Of a DNA stretch of 64,000 nucleotides, positions 10,716 to 21,030 are shown in pieces. Under the pieces are notes generated by a model, which did not search any database, was not told where the DNA came from, and worked only from the letters and a program-made list of their open reading frames with translations. Source of the DNA: Bacteroidales bacterium (GTDB taxonomy: Bacteria > Bacteroidota > Bacteroidia > Bacteroidales > VadinHA17); assembly GCA_033791445.1 (NCBI GenBank), contig JASJGS010000121.1:7938-71937 (forward strand), read 5' to 3'. Every line of letters starts with the position of its first letter. Within the stretch, counting starts at the first letter, position 1. The translations under genes were made by a program, and so were the position numbers.

Positions 10716-11843
10716 TTGAAAAAAGCATTTAATATCCTTGCCATTGGCATTACTTTTCTTCTCATTACAGGATTGCTTTTTTCTTATTTATCAGTTTCTA
10801 TAAGTCCAGAAAAAGTGTGGGTGCTTGCATTTTTTGGTTTAATCTATCCCTACTTACTCTTTGCGAATCTTTTGTCATTTTTGTATTGGTCAATAAAGAA
10901 AAAGAGGCTTGCCATCCTTGTTCTTTTTGTTATCCTGCTGGGATGGAATCATTTAAACAACTATGTTCGAATTTCCAGGAAAAACAGTAAAGAAATAAGC
11001 AATATTGTTATTGTTCAGGAGAATAAAAATCAATCAGCCACCAGTGTTCTTTCATATAATGTACGATTATTTGATCTCTATAATAAGGACAATAAGAATA
11101 AATCAGTTGATGAGTTTTTCAACTTTATGAATGGTGAAGACTTTGATATAATTTGCTTGCAGGAAGTTTTAATAACTGACATGTTTGGTCTATCGGTTTC
11201 TGATATCAAAAAGAAATTAAATAAAACTAAAAATTCATATGTAATTTTTACTGGTGGGAAGGAGTCGAGACATAAATATGGGATTGCTGTTTTTACAAAG
11301 TATCCTATTATTAATAAGGGGGAAATATCATTTAAGAATACCAGTAACCTAAGTATCTTTATTGATATATTGATAGCGGGAGATACTGTAAGAGTGTATA
11401 ATAACCACCTGCAATCTTTTCGCCTTGGTTCTGATAATTTTAGATTTCTTACTGAGCTGGAGGGCACTATAGAAGATCCGCCCATGCAGGAAATGAGAGA
11501 TATTACTTCAAGAATGAAACATGCTTATATTAAACGTGCCGGACAGGCCAAGCAACTATCAGCACATATTCATTCATCTCCTTACCCAGTAATTGTATGC
11601 GGTGACTTTAATGATACGCCTGTATCATTTACATATCATACTATTCGCAAAGATCTGAAGGATGCCTTTGTAGAATCGGGCTTAGGCATGGGAAAAACCT
11701 ATTCACAAATTTTCCCATCATACAGAATAGATTACATCCTGCATAGTCCTGATTTAGAATCTTATGAGTTTAAAACAGTGAGAAAGAATTATTCAGATCA
11801 CTACCCGGTTAAGTCCCTGCTCTTACCGGCAGAGAAAAGATAA
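10716..11843 (+). CDS. Endonuclease/exonuclease/phosphatase (EEP) family membrane protein
   Basis: N-terminal TM helices. EEP motifs are present (CLQEV, GDFND, SDHYP). TTG start. Confidence 0.75.
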   Translation: MKKAFNILAIGITFLLITGLLFSYLSVSISPEKVWVLAFFGLIYPYLLFANLLSFLYWSIKKKRLAILVLFVILLGWNHLNNYVRISRKNSKEISNIVIVQENKNQSATSVLSYNVRLFDLYNKDNKNKSVDEFFNFMNGEDFDIICLQEVLITDMFGLSVSDIKKKLNKTKNSYVIFTGGKESRHKYGIAVFTKYPIINKGEISFKNTSNLSIFIDILIAGDTVRVYNNHLQSFRLGSDNFRFLTELEGTIEDPPMQEMRDITSRMKHAYIKRAGQAKQLSAHIHSSPYPVIVCGDFNDTPVSFTYHTIRKDLKDAFVESGLGMGKTYSQIFPSYRIDYILHSPDLESYEFKTVRKNYSDHYPVKSLLLPAEKR

Positions 11844-12787
11844 TTTAGATTATCCAGATCAACATTTCCACCAGACAATATAATTCCAATCTTTTTGTTC
11901 TTAAACCTCTTACCATGTTGCAAAAGAATGGCCAAAGGTAATGCTGAGGAGGGTTCAATTATTATCTTCATACGCTCCCATACCATTCTCATAGCCAAGG
12001 CTATGGATTCCTCCGAAGCAGTAATAAGTTCATCTACATTCTGTCTGATTATTTTAAAAGTAAATTCACTCAACGAGGTAAGAAGACCATCTGCAATTGT
12101 TTGTGGACTCACAGAAGGATAAAGTGTACCATTTCTGAATGACCTGAAGGCATCATCTGCATTCTCTGGTTCTGCTCCAATAATAGTAATCTCCGGATTT
12201 AAGGCCCTTGCCGTAACCGAACTTCCACTCAGTAATCCACCCCCTCCTACCGGAGTAATAAGGACATCTAATCCTGCTTCAGTTTCCAATAACTCCTTTG
12301 CAGCCGTTCCCTGTCCGCAGACGACATTAAAATTATCATAAGGATGAATAAAGGTAGCTCCTGTGTGTTTCACAATTTCTTCAATGGTTGATTCTCTGGC
12401 CTCAAGTGTTGGTTTACAAAAAGTAATGTTGGCACCATAGCCTTCGACAGCTTGCTTTTTAATATCAGGAGCAGTTTCAGGCATAACAATATAGGCAGGC
12501 ACTCCCTGCGTACGAGCAGCAAGGGCCAGTGCTGCAGAGTGATTTCCTGAAGAATGAGTAGCCACACCTGCATTCAGATCAGCACTATTAAGTGAAAGAA
12601 CAGCATTCGTTGCACCTCTAAACTTGAAAGCACCTACTTTTTGTAGGTTTTCACATTTAAAAAACAACTCATTATGAACAATAGAGTTTATTGCAGAAGA
12701 AGTCAACACGGGTGTATGGTGTACGAAGGACACTATCCTCTTATGAGCTGATACAATGTTGTCATATGTAGGAATCGGTTTATTCAT
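11801..12787 (-). CDS. PLP-dependent serine/threonine dehydratase family enzyme
   Basis: PLP lysine context FKFRGA, a GGGGL glycine loop, and SSGNH. 328 aa. Confidence 0.8.
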   Translation of the reverse strand: MNKPIPTYDNIVSAHKRIVSFVHHTPVLTSSAINSIVHNELFFKCENLQKVGAFKFRGATNAVLSLNSADLNAGVATHSSGNHSAALALAARTQGVPAYIVMPETAPDIKKQAVEGYGANITFCKPTLEARESTIEEIVKHTGATFIHPYDNFNVVCGQGTAAKELLETEAGLDVLITPVGGGGLLSGSSVTARALNPEITIIGAEPENADDAFRSFRNGTLYPSVSPQTIADGLLTSLSEFTFKIIRQNVDELITASEESIALAMRMVWERMKIIIEPSSALPLAILLQHGKRFKNKKIGIILSGGNVDLDNLNYLFSAGKSRDLTG

Positions 12788-12919
12788 GAAGTTGAAATGT
12801 TAACTTAGAAACAAACTGGAACTTTATTTCGATTCTTTTCTCTTATAGTAGGCTCTATACATTCGTTTCACCGTATCAAGTATATCATATTCAGAAGCAT
12901 CTAGAAGGAATTCTTCTGG

Positions 12920-13588
12920 TTAATTGCAATAATCCATAAACTCAACTAGTTCTTCCCCTTTTAAACCAGTTAATTCACCCACATTTCTCTTATTAAATTT
13001 CGAATTAATGATTTCTATCTTTTCTTGTTCATCAAGAATTAGCTCTAGCTTCTTCAAACTTTTTTCTTCTTTGGACTTCATCGAGAAATTGATCCCTACT
13101 CTAACACTGCTCCACTCAACAGCCTCCTGTGTAGCAGCTCTATTAATATACTCGGTGGTCTGTTCAGCTGGAGATTTGGGGGGACGTGCATTCAGGATTT
13201 TTTGTTTGAATTGCTGATAGCTTCCCAGGCTCTGCACTGACACTCCTTCAATTAAATACATTTGTTTCCTAATTCGAATTGGATCTGAAAACAGATTGGA
13301 AGGCCAGAAAGTTGGTAAAGTAAAATGCGTATCGATATATCCTATAGCCGAGATAAGAAGAGAATCATTTCTTTTCATGTATATAGTAAAAAATCCCAGG
13401 CTGTCACTGGTAGTTCCAATACCCAGCCCGGGATTCAATATATGAGCATATCTTAATGGGGTACCATCATCGGTGTCTTTCAATTGAGATTTAACTGTGA
13501 CCAGTGTATCTATATCTGAAGATTCCTGTCCAGCTATTTTTAGTGTTATAACACAGATTAAAGCACTTATAAATATAATTTTCCTCAA
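12920..13588 (-). CDS. Hypothetical secreted protein with carboxypeptidase-regulatory-like N-domain
   Basis: Signal peptide, and a pattern resembling CarboxypepD_reg (GTTSDSLGFFTIYMKRNDSLLISAIGY). See the finding on the in-frame TAA. Confidence 0.5.
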   Translation of the reverse strand: MRKIIFISALICVITLKIAGQESSDIDTLVTVKSQLKDTDDGTPLRYAHILNPGLGIGTTSDSLGFFTIYMKRNDSLLISAIGYIDTHFTLPTFWPSNLFSDPIRIRKQMYLIEGVSVQSLGSYQQFKQKILNARPPKSPAEQTTEYINRAATQEAVEWSSVRVGINFSMKSKEEKSLKKLELILDEQEKIEIINSKFNKRNVGELTGLKGEELVEFMDYCN

Positions 13589-13665
13589 CGAAGGCCTATC
13601 CTAAATTATTTTTAATATTTGAGCATTACCATAAAAATCTCTTTTAGACTCAACGATTACAATCC

Positions 13666-16101
13666 TTATTTCTTGTTCTTAACATATTTTTCAAACCAGG
13701 TATTCATCTCCCAGAGCATATGTAAGAGGGATTCCTGTGCCCTATAACCATGGCTCTCATTTGGTAACATTACCAGACGTGCCGTTCCTCCATTCCCCTT
13801 GAGAGCACTATAGAAACGTTCACTTTGTATGGGGAATGTACCTGAATTATTATCTGCCATTCCATGAATTAGTAAAATAGGTTCCTTAAGCTCATCTGCA
13901 TGCATAAATGGAGACATGACATAGTATATTTCAGGGGCTTCCCAATATGTACGGGGTTCAGCTTGAAATCCAAATGGTGTTAAAGTTCTATTATAAGCTC
14001 CTGATCTGGCAATACCGGCAGCAAATAGATCTGTATGAGCCAACAAATTAGCGGTCATAAAAGCTCCATACGAATGTCCTCCCACACCAACCCTCTTAGG
14101 ATCTGTCACACCCATTTCTGATGCCTTGTCGATGGCAGCTTCAGCATTGGCTACCAGCTGCTTAACAAAACTATCATTGGGCTCCTCATCTCCTTCACCA
14201 ATAATCGGGAAACTTGTATTATTCAATACCGCATACCCTTGTGTTGCCATTACCAGGGCCGACATGGCACTAAGTCGTGTAAACGTATAAGGAGAACCAC
14301 TCACCTGGCCGGCTGCAGTCGCACTTTTGTATTCCCTGGGATATGCCCATAAAACGGAAGGAAGTGGTCCATCCTCTTTTTTATATCCGGCAGGCAGATA
14401 CAGGTCAAAACTCAATTGAACGCCATCTTCCCTTTCATATTTAACTACCTCTTTCTTTATATCTTTAAATTGCGGATAAGGGTGATGAAATTCTGTTATT
14501 TGAATAAGTTTATCTGATTTCAGATTCCTTATAAAATAATTTGGTGGCTCAGATGCTGATTGACGAGAGGTTAGCAACAAGTTCTTTTTTAAATCTATAA
14601 TTTCATAGGGACTCTCATAATATGGCGCTTCAGACCTAAATAGTCGTTTCACCTTAAAGGTTTTAATATCAAATTCGTCCACAAAAGGCCTGTTTCCTTC
14701 TGGCGAAGCTCCCTGTCCAAATAAATAAAGTGATTTCCCTTTGTTCCCAAATTGCAAGACGTATTTTCCTGCCTCGTTTTGTACACTGGCAAAGTACCCT
14801 GGATTTTTGTAGCGATCTTCAGAAGAATACTCAAATAACTTCTTCAGACCCTTGCTGGAATTATCCGGATCCATCATGCTGACAAGGGTCTTTCTTGTCT
14901 TTCTCCACCCCTCATTCAAAATGGCGATATCATCATTGCCCCAGGAAATTCCTCGATACCGATACTGAGTTGCAGGACCTTCATTGGCTTCATTTGTAAA
15001 AGGAGCCTCCAGATAATAAATTCGGTCACGAAACTCAACTTCTTTCTTAGGATTACCTTCATCAAGTGCTTCAACCCAATATACACTGGCAGGTGCATCG
15101 CTGCGCCAGGTAAAACTTCTGGGACCGGGTTGAGCTGCATCAAATCCTTGTGGAATACTCTCCATAAGAGGAATTTTTGCCAGTATCTTTACAGGTGTGC
15201 CGTCTTTACTCCAAATTTCAACAGACTTTGGAAACCGGTAATAAGGAACCAGATATGAGAAGGGAGGAGTAATTGTTTGAACCATTAAATAGTTTCCATC
15301 GGGAGAAGGATTTACTGAAACAATGATTCCAGCCTTTCCAAATTTCTCCACTTCCCCATTAATTTCATATTTATACAGCTGGGATGTTCCGAAAAAGCTA
15401 AAAAGTTGTTCATCATAAGGAGTCTTCAACAGGTCCTGGTAAGTTCTAATTACTGATACCTCCCCCATTGTTTCCTGAACAACAGGGCCAGATGGGGCTT
15501 CAGATATTTCAGGAGCCTTGGCTCTTTTGGTAGGGAATCCACTAAAAACAATAGCTTTACTATCTGGCATCCAGGTGCAAACACTACCTCTGAAAATACC
15601 ATTTATATTAGTTTTAGAAACTACTTTTGCCTGAAGTGTGGCAACATCAATAATCCATAGTGAAATTCCAGCTGTTTCTGTGCTTAAAAACGATATGTAA
15701 TTCCCGTCAGGTGACCAGCGTACACTTGTTGCTTTAAGGTTTGCAGGCAAACCCTGAACAGCAGATTCTTTTAAAGTTTCAACATCTTTTACAACAATAC
15801 CAGTAAAATATGAAAATCGACTGGGACCATTGGTTTTAGGATCGATTCGAAGACCGCCAATCCGAAGCTCCTTCCTTGAAACATCTTCTATTGAAGGATT
15901 ACTAGGACGACTCAATATAACTAATCGATCATTTTGTGGAGACATAGTAATAGTTGGCATCACAGGTGCATTCACAATGTCTATCATTTCCTGCGGAGGA
16001 GTCTGATATTTAAAATCAGACTGAGCGGCCCCAAACAAAGGGATTAGACAAAAAATGACTCCAGCAAAAAGTGCAGATTTCATAAACATAGATTTTTTCA
16101 T
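13666..16101 (-). CDS. S9 family (prolyl oligopeptidase-type) serine peptidase
   Basis: 811 aa with a signal peptide and a beta-propeller-like N-region. GGHSYGAFM nucleophile elbow. C-terminal D...H (GMADNN, ESHGY). Confidence 0.85.
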   Translation of the reverse strand: MKKSMFMKSALFAGVIFCLIPLFGAAQSDFKYQTPPQEMIDIVNAPVMPTITMSPQNDRLVILSRPSNPSIEDVSRKELRIGGLRIDPKTNGPSRFSYFTGIVVKDVETLKESAVQGLPANLKATSVRWSPDGNYISFLSTETAGISLWIIDVATLQAKVVSKTNINGIFRGSVCTWMPDSKAIVFSGFPTKRAKAPEISEAPSGPVVQETMGEVSVIRTYQDLLKTPYDEQLFSFFGTSQLYKYEINGEVEKFGKAGIIVSVNPSPDGNYLMVQTITPPFSYLVPYYRFPKSVEIWSKDGTPVKILAKIPLMESIPQGFDAAQPGPRSFTWRSDAPASVYWVEALDEGNPKKEVEFRDRIYYLEAPFTNEANEGPATQYRYRGISWGNDDIAILNEGWRKTRKTLVSMMDPDNSSKGLKKLFEYSSEDRYKNPGYFASVQNEAGKYVLQFGNKGKSLYLFGQGASPEGNRPFVDEFDIKTFKVKRLFRSEAPYYESPYEIIDLKKNLLLTSRQSASEPPNYFIRNLKSDKLIQITEFHHPYPQFKDIKKEVVKYEREDGVQLSFDLYLPAGYKKEDGPLPSVLWAYPREYKSATAAGQVSGSPYTFTRLSAMSALVMATQGYAVLNNTSFPIIGEGDEEPNDSFVKQLVANAEAAIDKASEMGVTDPKRVGVGGHSYGAFMTANLLAHTDLFAAGIARSGAYNRTLTPFGFQAEPRTYWEAPEIYYVMSPFMHADELKEPILLIHGMADNNSGTFPIQSERFYSALKGNGGTARLVMLPNESHGYRAQESLLHMLWEMNTWFEKYVKNKK

Positions 16102-16220
16102 TGCGATAGGTTTAATTGAAACTAGATTAATAAAATACCAAAAAATACCGTGCTTAAAGATAATAAAACAAAGATATCTTCTTTTATTTCAGAAATTGTT
16201 AATAATATATAAATTCCATA

Positions 16221-16228
16221 TAACTTTG
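16221..16228 (+). promoter_or_regulatory. Bacteroidota -7 promoter box TAACTTTG
   Basis: Exact TAnnTTTG match 21 nt upstream of the ATG at 16249. Confidence 0.5.
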
Positions 16229-16248
16229 CTCGTAATAATTTGAAACAA

Positions 16249-17067
16249 ATGTACAAGAAACTACAAAAAGTAATTGAAGAAGCCTGGAACAATCAGGACT
16301 TATTAAAGGAATCAGACAGCAGGGAAGCAATTGATGAGGTTATTGAACTGATTGATAAAGGTGAAGTTAGAGTAGCTCAGAAAGTAGAGGGGAGATGGAT
16401 TGTAAACGAATGGGTTAAAAAAGCTGTGTTGTTATATTTTCCTATACAAAGGACTACTGTGATGAAAGTTGGTCCTCTTGAATTTCATGACAAAATAAAA
16501 CTAAAAACCGGTTTTAAAGAAAAAGGAATCCGTGTTGTTCCTCTTGCTCATGCCAGGTATGGAGCATATATAGCCCCAGGTGTCGTAATGATGCCTTCCT
16601 ATATTAACATTGGTGCCTATGTTGATGAAAGGACAATGGTTGATACCTGGGCAACTGTTGGTTCCTGCGCTCAGGTTGGGAAGAATGTTCATTTAAGTGG
16701 AGGTGTTGGTATTGGAGGTGTATTAGAACCAATTCAGGCTGCTCCAGTAATAATTGAAGATGACTGTTTTATAGGCTCACGGTGCATTATTGTGGAAGGT
16801 GCAAGGATTGAAAAAGAGGCAGTACTCGGAGCAAATGTAGTTATTACAAACTCTACCAGAGTTATTGATGTTTCAGAGGATGAACCTAAGGAATATAGAG
16901 GTTTGGTTCCTGCACGATCTGTTGTTATTCCCGGTTCATATTCCAAAAAATTCAAGGCTGGAGAATATCAGGTCCCTTGTGCTTTGATAATTGGTAAAAG
17001 AAAAGCCTCCACAGATTTGAAAACCTCCTTAAATGAGGCTTTAAGGGAATACAATGTAACCGTTTAA
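16249..17067 (+). CDS. dapD: 2,3,4,5-tetrahydropyridine-2,6-dicarboxylate N-succinyltransferase
   Basis: Hexapeptide-repeat region (GAYVDERTMVDTWATVGSCAQVGKNVHLSGGVGIGGVLEP) and the typical DapD N-terminus. The ATG at 16249 is preferred over the TTG at 16240. Confidence 0.85.
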   Translation: MYKKLQKVIEEAWNNQDLLKESDSREAIDEVIELIDKGEVRVAQKVEGRWIVNEWVKKAVLLYFPIQRTTVMKVGPLEFHDKIKLKTGFKEKGIRVVPLAHARYGAYIAPGVVMMPSYINIGAYVDERTMVDTWATVGSCAQVGKNVHLSGGVGIGGVLEPIQAAPVIIEDDCFIGSRCIIVEGARIEKEAVLGANVVITNSTRVIDVSEDEPKEYRGLVPARSVVIPGSYSKKFKAGEYQVPCALIIGKRKASTDLKTSLNEALREYNVTV

Positions 17068-17089
17068 TGGAACTTCGAAAACTTTGTTA

Positions 17090-17848
17090 ATGCAAAAAAT
17101 AAACCTTACAGCAATTATTACCACTTTCAATGAAGAACATAATATTGAAGATGTAATAAAATCTGTTGAATTTGCCAATGAAATTCTAGTGGTTGATTCT
17201 TTTAGTACAGATAATACCACCCAGATTGCAAAGTCAATGGGTGCAACGGTGATTGAACATGAGTATATAAATGGAGCAACACAAAAAAACTGGATTATTC
17301 CCCAGGCTAGAAATCCATGGATAATATTACTCGATGCAGATGAAAGAATTACTGACAAGCTTAGAACTGAAATAACCGAAATTCTAAAAACTGATCCTAA
17401 AGATTCTGGATTCTGGATTTATCGGACATTTCACTTCATGGGTAAACTAATAAAGCATAGTGGATGGCAAAACGATAAGGTTATTCGACTTTTCAAAAGA
17501 GATTTGTGCCGTTATAACAATTTAAATGTACATGAGGAAATCGTAACTGAAGGACCGGTTGGTTTTCTAAAAAACAAAATTGAACACAACTCATACCGGT
17601 CAATGGATGAGTATATTTCTAAAATTAATAGGTATGCAAGCCTACAGGCCATTGATTATGACTCCAGAGTAAAAAGAATTACCATTTATCATTTAGTCTT
17701 AAAACCATTTTATCGCTTTCTAAAACATTATCTTATCCAGGCTGGTTTTATGGATGGATTTCCCGGTTTTACTATTTCAGTAGTTTCTGCCTATGCTGTA
17801 AGAATGCGCTATATAAAATTGTGGATGCGAAGAAAAGGAGTCAATTAA
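17090..17848 (+). CDS. Family 2 glycosyltransferase
   Basis: The N-terminal block (AIITTFNEE...VVDSFSTDNT...LDADE) is typical of GT2. Confidence 0.75.
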   Translation: MQKINLTAIITTFNEEHNIEDVIKSVEFANEILVVDSFSTDNTTQIAKSMGATVIEHEYINGATQKNWIIPQARNPWIILLDADERITDKLRTEITEILKTDPKDSGFWIYRTFHFMGKLIKHSGWQNDKVIRLFKRDLCRYNNLNVHEEIVTEGPVGFLKNKIEHNSYRSMDEYISKINRYASLQAIDYDSRVKRITIYHLVLKPFYRFLKHYLIQAGFMDGFPGFTISVVSAYAVRMRYIKLWMRRKGVN

Positions 17849-17849
17849 A

Positions 17850-18413
17850 ATGCAAAATGAAATTGACAAGGCACTTTTAAATTTACGCGAAGGCAAAATT
17901 ATCCTCTACCCGACCGATACAATATGGGGTATCGGCTGTGATGCTACAAACCCAGAGGCAGTTGATAAAGTTTATAGTATAAAGCAACGAGCAGATCAAA
18001 AAAGCATGCTTGTTCTAGTGGATAGTCCATACATGATGAGCAGTTATGTGAAAATAGTTCCATCCATCGCCTGGGAACTATTAGAGTCGTCAGATGAGCC
18101 TTTAACCATTATCTATCCTGGGGCAAAGAATCTTGCTCATAACCTTATAAATCAAGATGGGTCAATTGGAATCAGGATTTGCAATACTGCCTTTTGTCAA
18201 AAGTTAATTTCCAGATTCCGAAAGCCAATCGTTTCTACATCGGCCAACATTTCTGGCAAACCTCATCCAAAATCATTTAGTGATATTGAAGAAACTATTC
18301 ACGATGAAGTTGATTATGTTGTAGATTGGGAACAGAATATTTACGAAATAAAAAAGCCTTCACCCATTATTAAGTTGGGTGTAAATAATGAAATTCAAAT
18401 AATAAGATCGTAA
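17850..18413 (+). CDS. tsaC: L-threonylcarbamoyladenylate synthase (YrdC/TsaC family)
   Basis: YPTDTIWGIGCDA, KQRADQKSM and STSANISG motifs. Confidence 0.85.
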   Translation: MQNEIDKALLNLREGKIILYPTDTIWGIGCDATNPEAVDKVYSIKQRADQKSMLVLVDSPYMMSSYVKIVPSIAWELLESSDEPLTIIYPGAKNLAHNLINQDGSIGIRICNTAFCQKLISRFRKPIVSTSANISGKPHPKSFSDIEETIHDEVDYVVDWEQNIYEIKKPSPIIKLGVNNEIQIIRS

Positions 18414-18476
18414 AAAAAGTTGCACCTAAATGATATTATGATGCAACTTCATGGGAATATTTTATAAATATTAATC

Positions 18477-19190
18477 CTAATCTACATTGCGGACTTTGCC
18501 TGAGCCGCTTACTCTAGCATCAATCTGAGCATTGCCTTTATAATATACATCTCCACTTCCTGAAACACTGGCATTAAGCTTTGATTCTGCCCAAACTTTA
18601 GCCCCACCTGAACCACTAATTCTGATACTAGCTTCATCAACTGCTAAACCAATTCCATCATAATCACCGGAACCACTAATGGAAATTTCCAAAGAGTTTG
18701 CCTTCTTTGAACCAGCAATTTGAATATTTCCAGAACCAGAAATTCTTGCTTCCAATTCAGTAGCTGATAGATCACTTAGCTTAATATTTCCACTTCCACT
18801 TACGGCCATTGAAAATTCAGATCCTTCAATGGCTGAGTTCCCAGCCACATTTCCAGAACCTGAAACACTTATACCATCCCAATCGGGTGAGGTAACATAA
18901 ACCTTCACCTTCTTAGTCTTCGACCAGGATGACCATTTTGAATCATATTTGATCTTCAAATTACCATTAGAAACTTCCGTTTCAATATTGTCCAGTGTAT
19001 TTGCATCTCCCTCCAGTATAACTTCCGTTTTACTTCCCTGGGTTATATACACATCTGCTGAAATTGACAGACTTAATGAACTAAAAGAACTAACTTTTCG
19101 GTTTTCTTTCTTTTCTGAAGCAGCAAATGAACTGATGCTTACTAAAGAAAAAGCAATGAGCATTGATGCAAGAATAATTTTTGATTTCAT
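18477..19190 (-). CDS. DUF2807 / head GIN domain-containing secreted protein
   Basis: Signal peptide and reiterated SGSGN/SGSGD beta-helix-like repeats. Confidence 0.65.
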   Translation of the reverse strand: MKSKIILASMLIAFSLVSISSFAASEKKENRKVSSFSSLSLSISADVYITQGSKTEVILEGDANTLDNIETEVSNGNLKIKYDSKWSSWSKTKKVKVYVTSPDWDGISVSGSGNVAGNSAIEGSEFSMAVSGSGNIKLSDLSATELEARISGSGNIQIAGSKKANSLEISISGSGDYDGIGLAVDEASIRISGSGGAKVWAESKLNASVSGSGDVYYKGNAQIDARVSGSGKVRNVD

Positions 19191-19317
19191 TTCTAGTTAT
19201 GTTATAAGTTTTTCAATAGAAAATCACCTTCCAGAGATGAAAGGTTTATATAAGGACGAAAGAATTTGCCCATTGTTGCATGGATCAAAAACTATTATAA
19301 AATATTTAATTCGGAAA

Positions 19318-19836
19318 TTAAAGTGGTAATAGACCATCAGGAATTGTCATAGATATTATTTTGGCCTCATGGTTAATGTCAAGGATAAGCTCATCATTTG
19401 CTGGAATCATTATTTCACTTTCCATATAGCTTATAATGAAAAGAGGATTGCCAGGAATCTCACGAATTTCTTTAACATATCCCAGACTCAAATTATCCTC
19501 CGATCTGAGTTGATATCCAATTAGTGAAACACTACTTTGACTGGAATGATTCTCTTTCTCTAGCTCAGCAACTGGCAGAAATACATCCTTACCGATAAAA
19601 CCAACAGCTTCATTCTTTGAATTTATTTCATCAATTTTTAATAGGAAAGAGGAGATATTGTACTCTTCCATTTCTTCAATAAAAAAAGGAACCAGTATCC
19701 CATCCATTAATAAGAATACTGATTCCAATATTTCTAATTTCTCTTGATACTGGAGATTGACCTTTAGTACAATCTGCCCACCATAGCCATGAGTTTTGAC
19801 TAAAGTACCCAAGAGAAAACAATCCTCTATGGTCAT
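19318..19836 (-). CDS. rimM: Ribosome maturation factor RimM
   Basis: G(T)LVKTHGYGGQIVLK N-terminus and a PRC-barrel-like C-terminus. It lies immediately downstream of rpsP. Confidence 0.8.
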   Translation of the reverse strand: MTIEDCFLLGTLVKTHGYGGQIVLKVNLQYQEKLEILESVFLLMDGILVPFFIEEMEEYNISSFLLKIDEINSKNEAVGFIGKDVFLPVAELEKENHSSQSSVSLIGYQLRSEDNLSLGYVKEIREIPGNPLFIISYMESEIMIPANDELILDINHEAKIISMTIPDGLLPL

Positions 19837-19887
19837 AAAAAAAGAAAATATGATTATGCCTTATGACTGAAAAAATAAAGGGAAAAA

Positions 19888-20736
19888 TTACTTTTTCTCT
19901 TCAGCTTTCTTGTCTTCCTTTTTCTCTTCAGCTTTTTTGTCTTCCTTTTTCTCCTCAACCTTTTCCTCAGCAACTTCTGCTTTTACCTCTTCTACCACTT
20001 CAGCCTCCTCGGTTACTTCAGGTTTTTCAACCTCTGTTTCTACTAAAGTTTCTTCAACAGCTGTTTCGGCTGCAGCTTCAGTTACAGCTTCAACTACTTC
20101 AGCCTCCACTTTAACTTCCTCAGTTACTTCAGGTTTCTCAACCTCTGTCTCTACTACAGTTTCTTCAACAGTTGTTTCGGCTGCTGGTTCAGTTGCAGCT
20201 TCAACGGCAACTTCCTCTTCTACAACTTCCTCTGGTTCAGAAGCTTTCTTTTCAGCTAATTCTGCTTCTTCAGCAAGTGCAGACTGCCTCTTGGCTATTT
20301 CTTCAGCTCTTGCTTCATTGATCTTGGTTTCAGCTTCAAAGATTTCTTTTTCAGCATCCTTCTGAGCTGATAGGAGTTGATCTATTTTGGCCTGAACCTT
20401 TCCTTCTTTCTCCTTAAGCCATGTCTGAAACCGATTTTCAGCCTCCTCCTCAGAGAAGGCTCCTTTTTTTACACCATTTAATAGGTGATTCTTAAATATA
20501 ACTCCTTTAAATGAAAGGATAGCTCTACAGGTATCTGTAGGTTGAGCGCCATTTTGTAGCCAATTTAGTGCACTATCAAAATCCAATTCAATAGTGGCAG
20601 GATTTGTATTTGGATCATATATTCCAATCCTTTCAATAAATCTGCCATCCCGTGGCGCCCTGCTATCAGCAATCACAATATGATAGAAAGGTTTTCTTTT
20701 CCTACCCTGTCTTGTTAGTCTGATTTTTGCTGGCAT
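19888..20736 (-). CDS. rpsP: 30S ribosomal protein S16 with ~190-aa acidic repeat-containing C-terminal extension
   Basis: N-terminus [42 protein letters not shown] is canonical bS16. The remainder is an E/A/V/K/T-rich low-complexity region. Confidence 0.9.
   Translation of the reverse strand: MPAKIRLTRQGRKRKPFYHIVIADSRAPRDGRFIERIGIYDPNTNPATIELDFDSALNWLQNGAQPTDTCRAILSFKGVIFKNHLLNGVKKGAFSEEEAENRFQTWLKEKEGKVQAKIDQLLSAQKDAEKEIFEAETKINEARAEEIAKRQSALAEEAELAEKKASEPEEVVEEEVAVEAATEPAAETTVEETVVETEVEKPEVTEEVKVEAEVVEAVTEAAAETAVEETLVETEVEKPEVTEEAEVVEEVKAEVAEEKVEEKKEDKKAEEKKEDKKAEEKK
19891..20205. repeat. In-frame tandem repeats inside the rpsP tail
   Basis: A 27-nt unit (ctttttctcttcagctttcttgtcttc) occurs about 2.6 times at 19891-19960. 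Segments 20008-20094 and 20119-20205 are ~87 nt each, with 79/87 identical by hand alignment. Their period is 111 nt, which is 37 codons. Confidence 0.85.
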
Positions 20737-20781
20737 TTTTTACGCTTTAAATTTAACCTGTGTTTTTTAAAATTTGGTCTG

Positions 20782-20789
20782 CAAAGGTA
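20782..20789 (-). promoter_or_regulatory. Bacteroidota -7 promoter box TACCTTTG (rpsP)
   Basis: The reverse complement of caaaggta, 45 nt upstream of the rpsP ATG. Confidence 0.5.
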
Positions 20790-21030
20790 CAATTAAATTG
20801 CTTTATTAAAAATATTTTTAAATTAATAATCTAAATACAACCAATTTGAAATGACAAGATCCATTCTTGCTTATTAAATATTGATAGTCAGTATGCTTGG
20901 AATTCACAATTTTAAATTTTACATAACTTATTAACATAAGACTATTTTACCTAGCTTTTAATTAACTTTAAAACCTGATTAATTCAATCAGTAATTATTA
21001 TACTAAATTCATTATCTGCATATTAAAATC

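Noticed and set aside
18414-18476. Hairpin aagttgca...tgcaactt between the convergent tsaC and DUF2807 genes as a bidirectional terminator
   Set aside because: The stem is only 8 bp with an ~18-nt loop and lacks a clear T-run on either strand. That is too weak to call.
19863-20365. Plus-strand ORFs (83 aa and 151 aa) and the possibility that the periodic repeats are a CRISPR array or minisatellite
   Set aside because: They are antisense to the rpsP tail. The repeats are in-frame (27 and 111 nt) with no unique spacers, and there are no CRISPR features.
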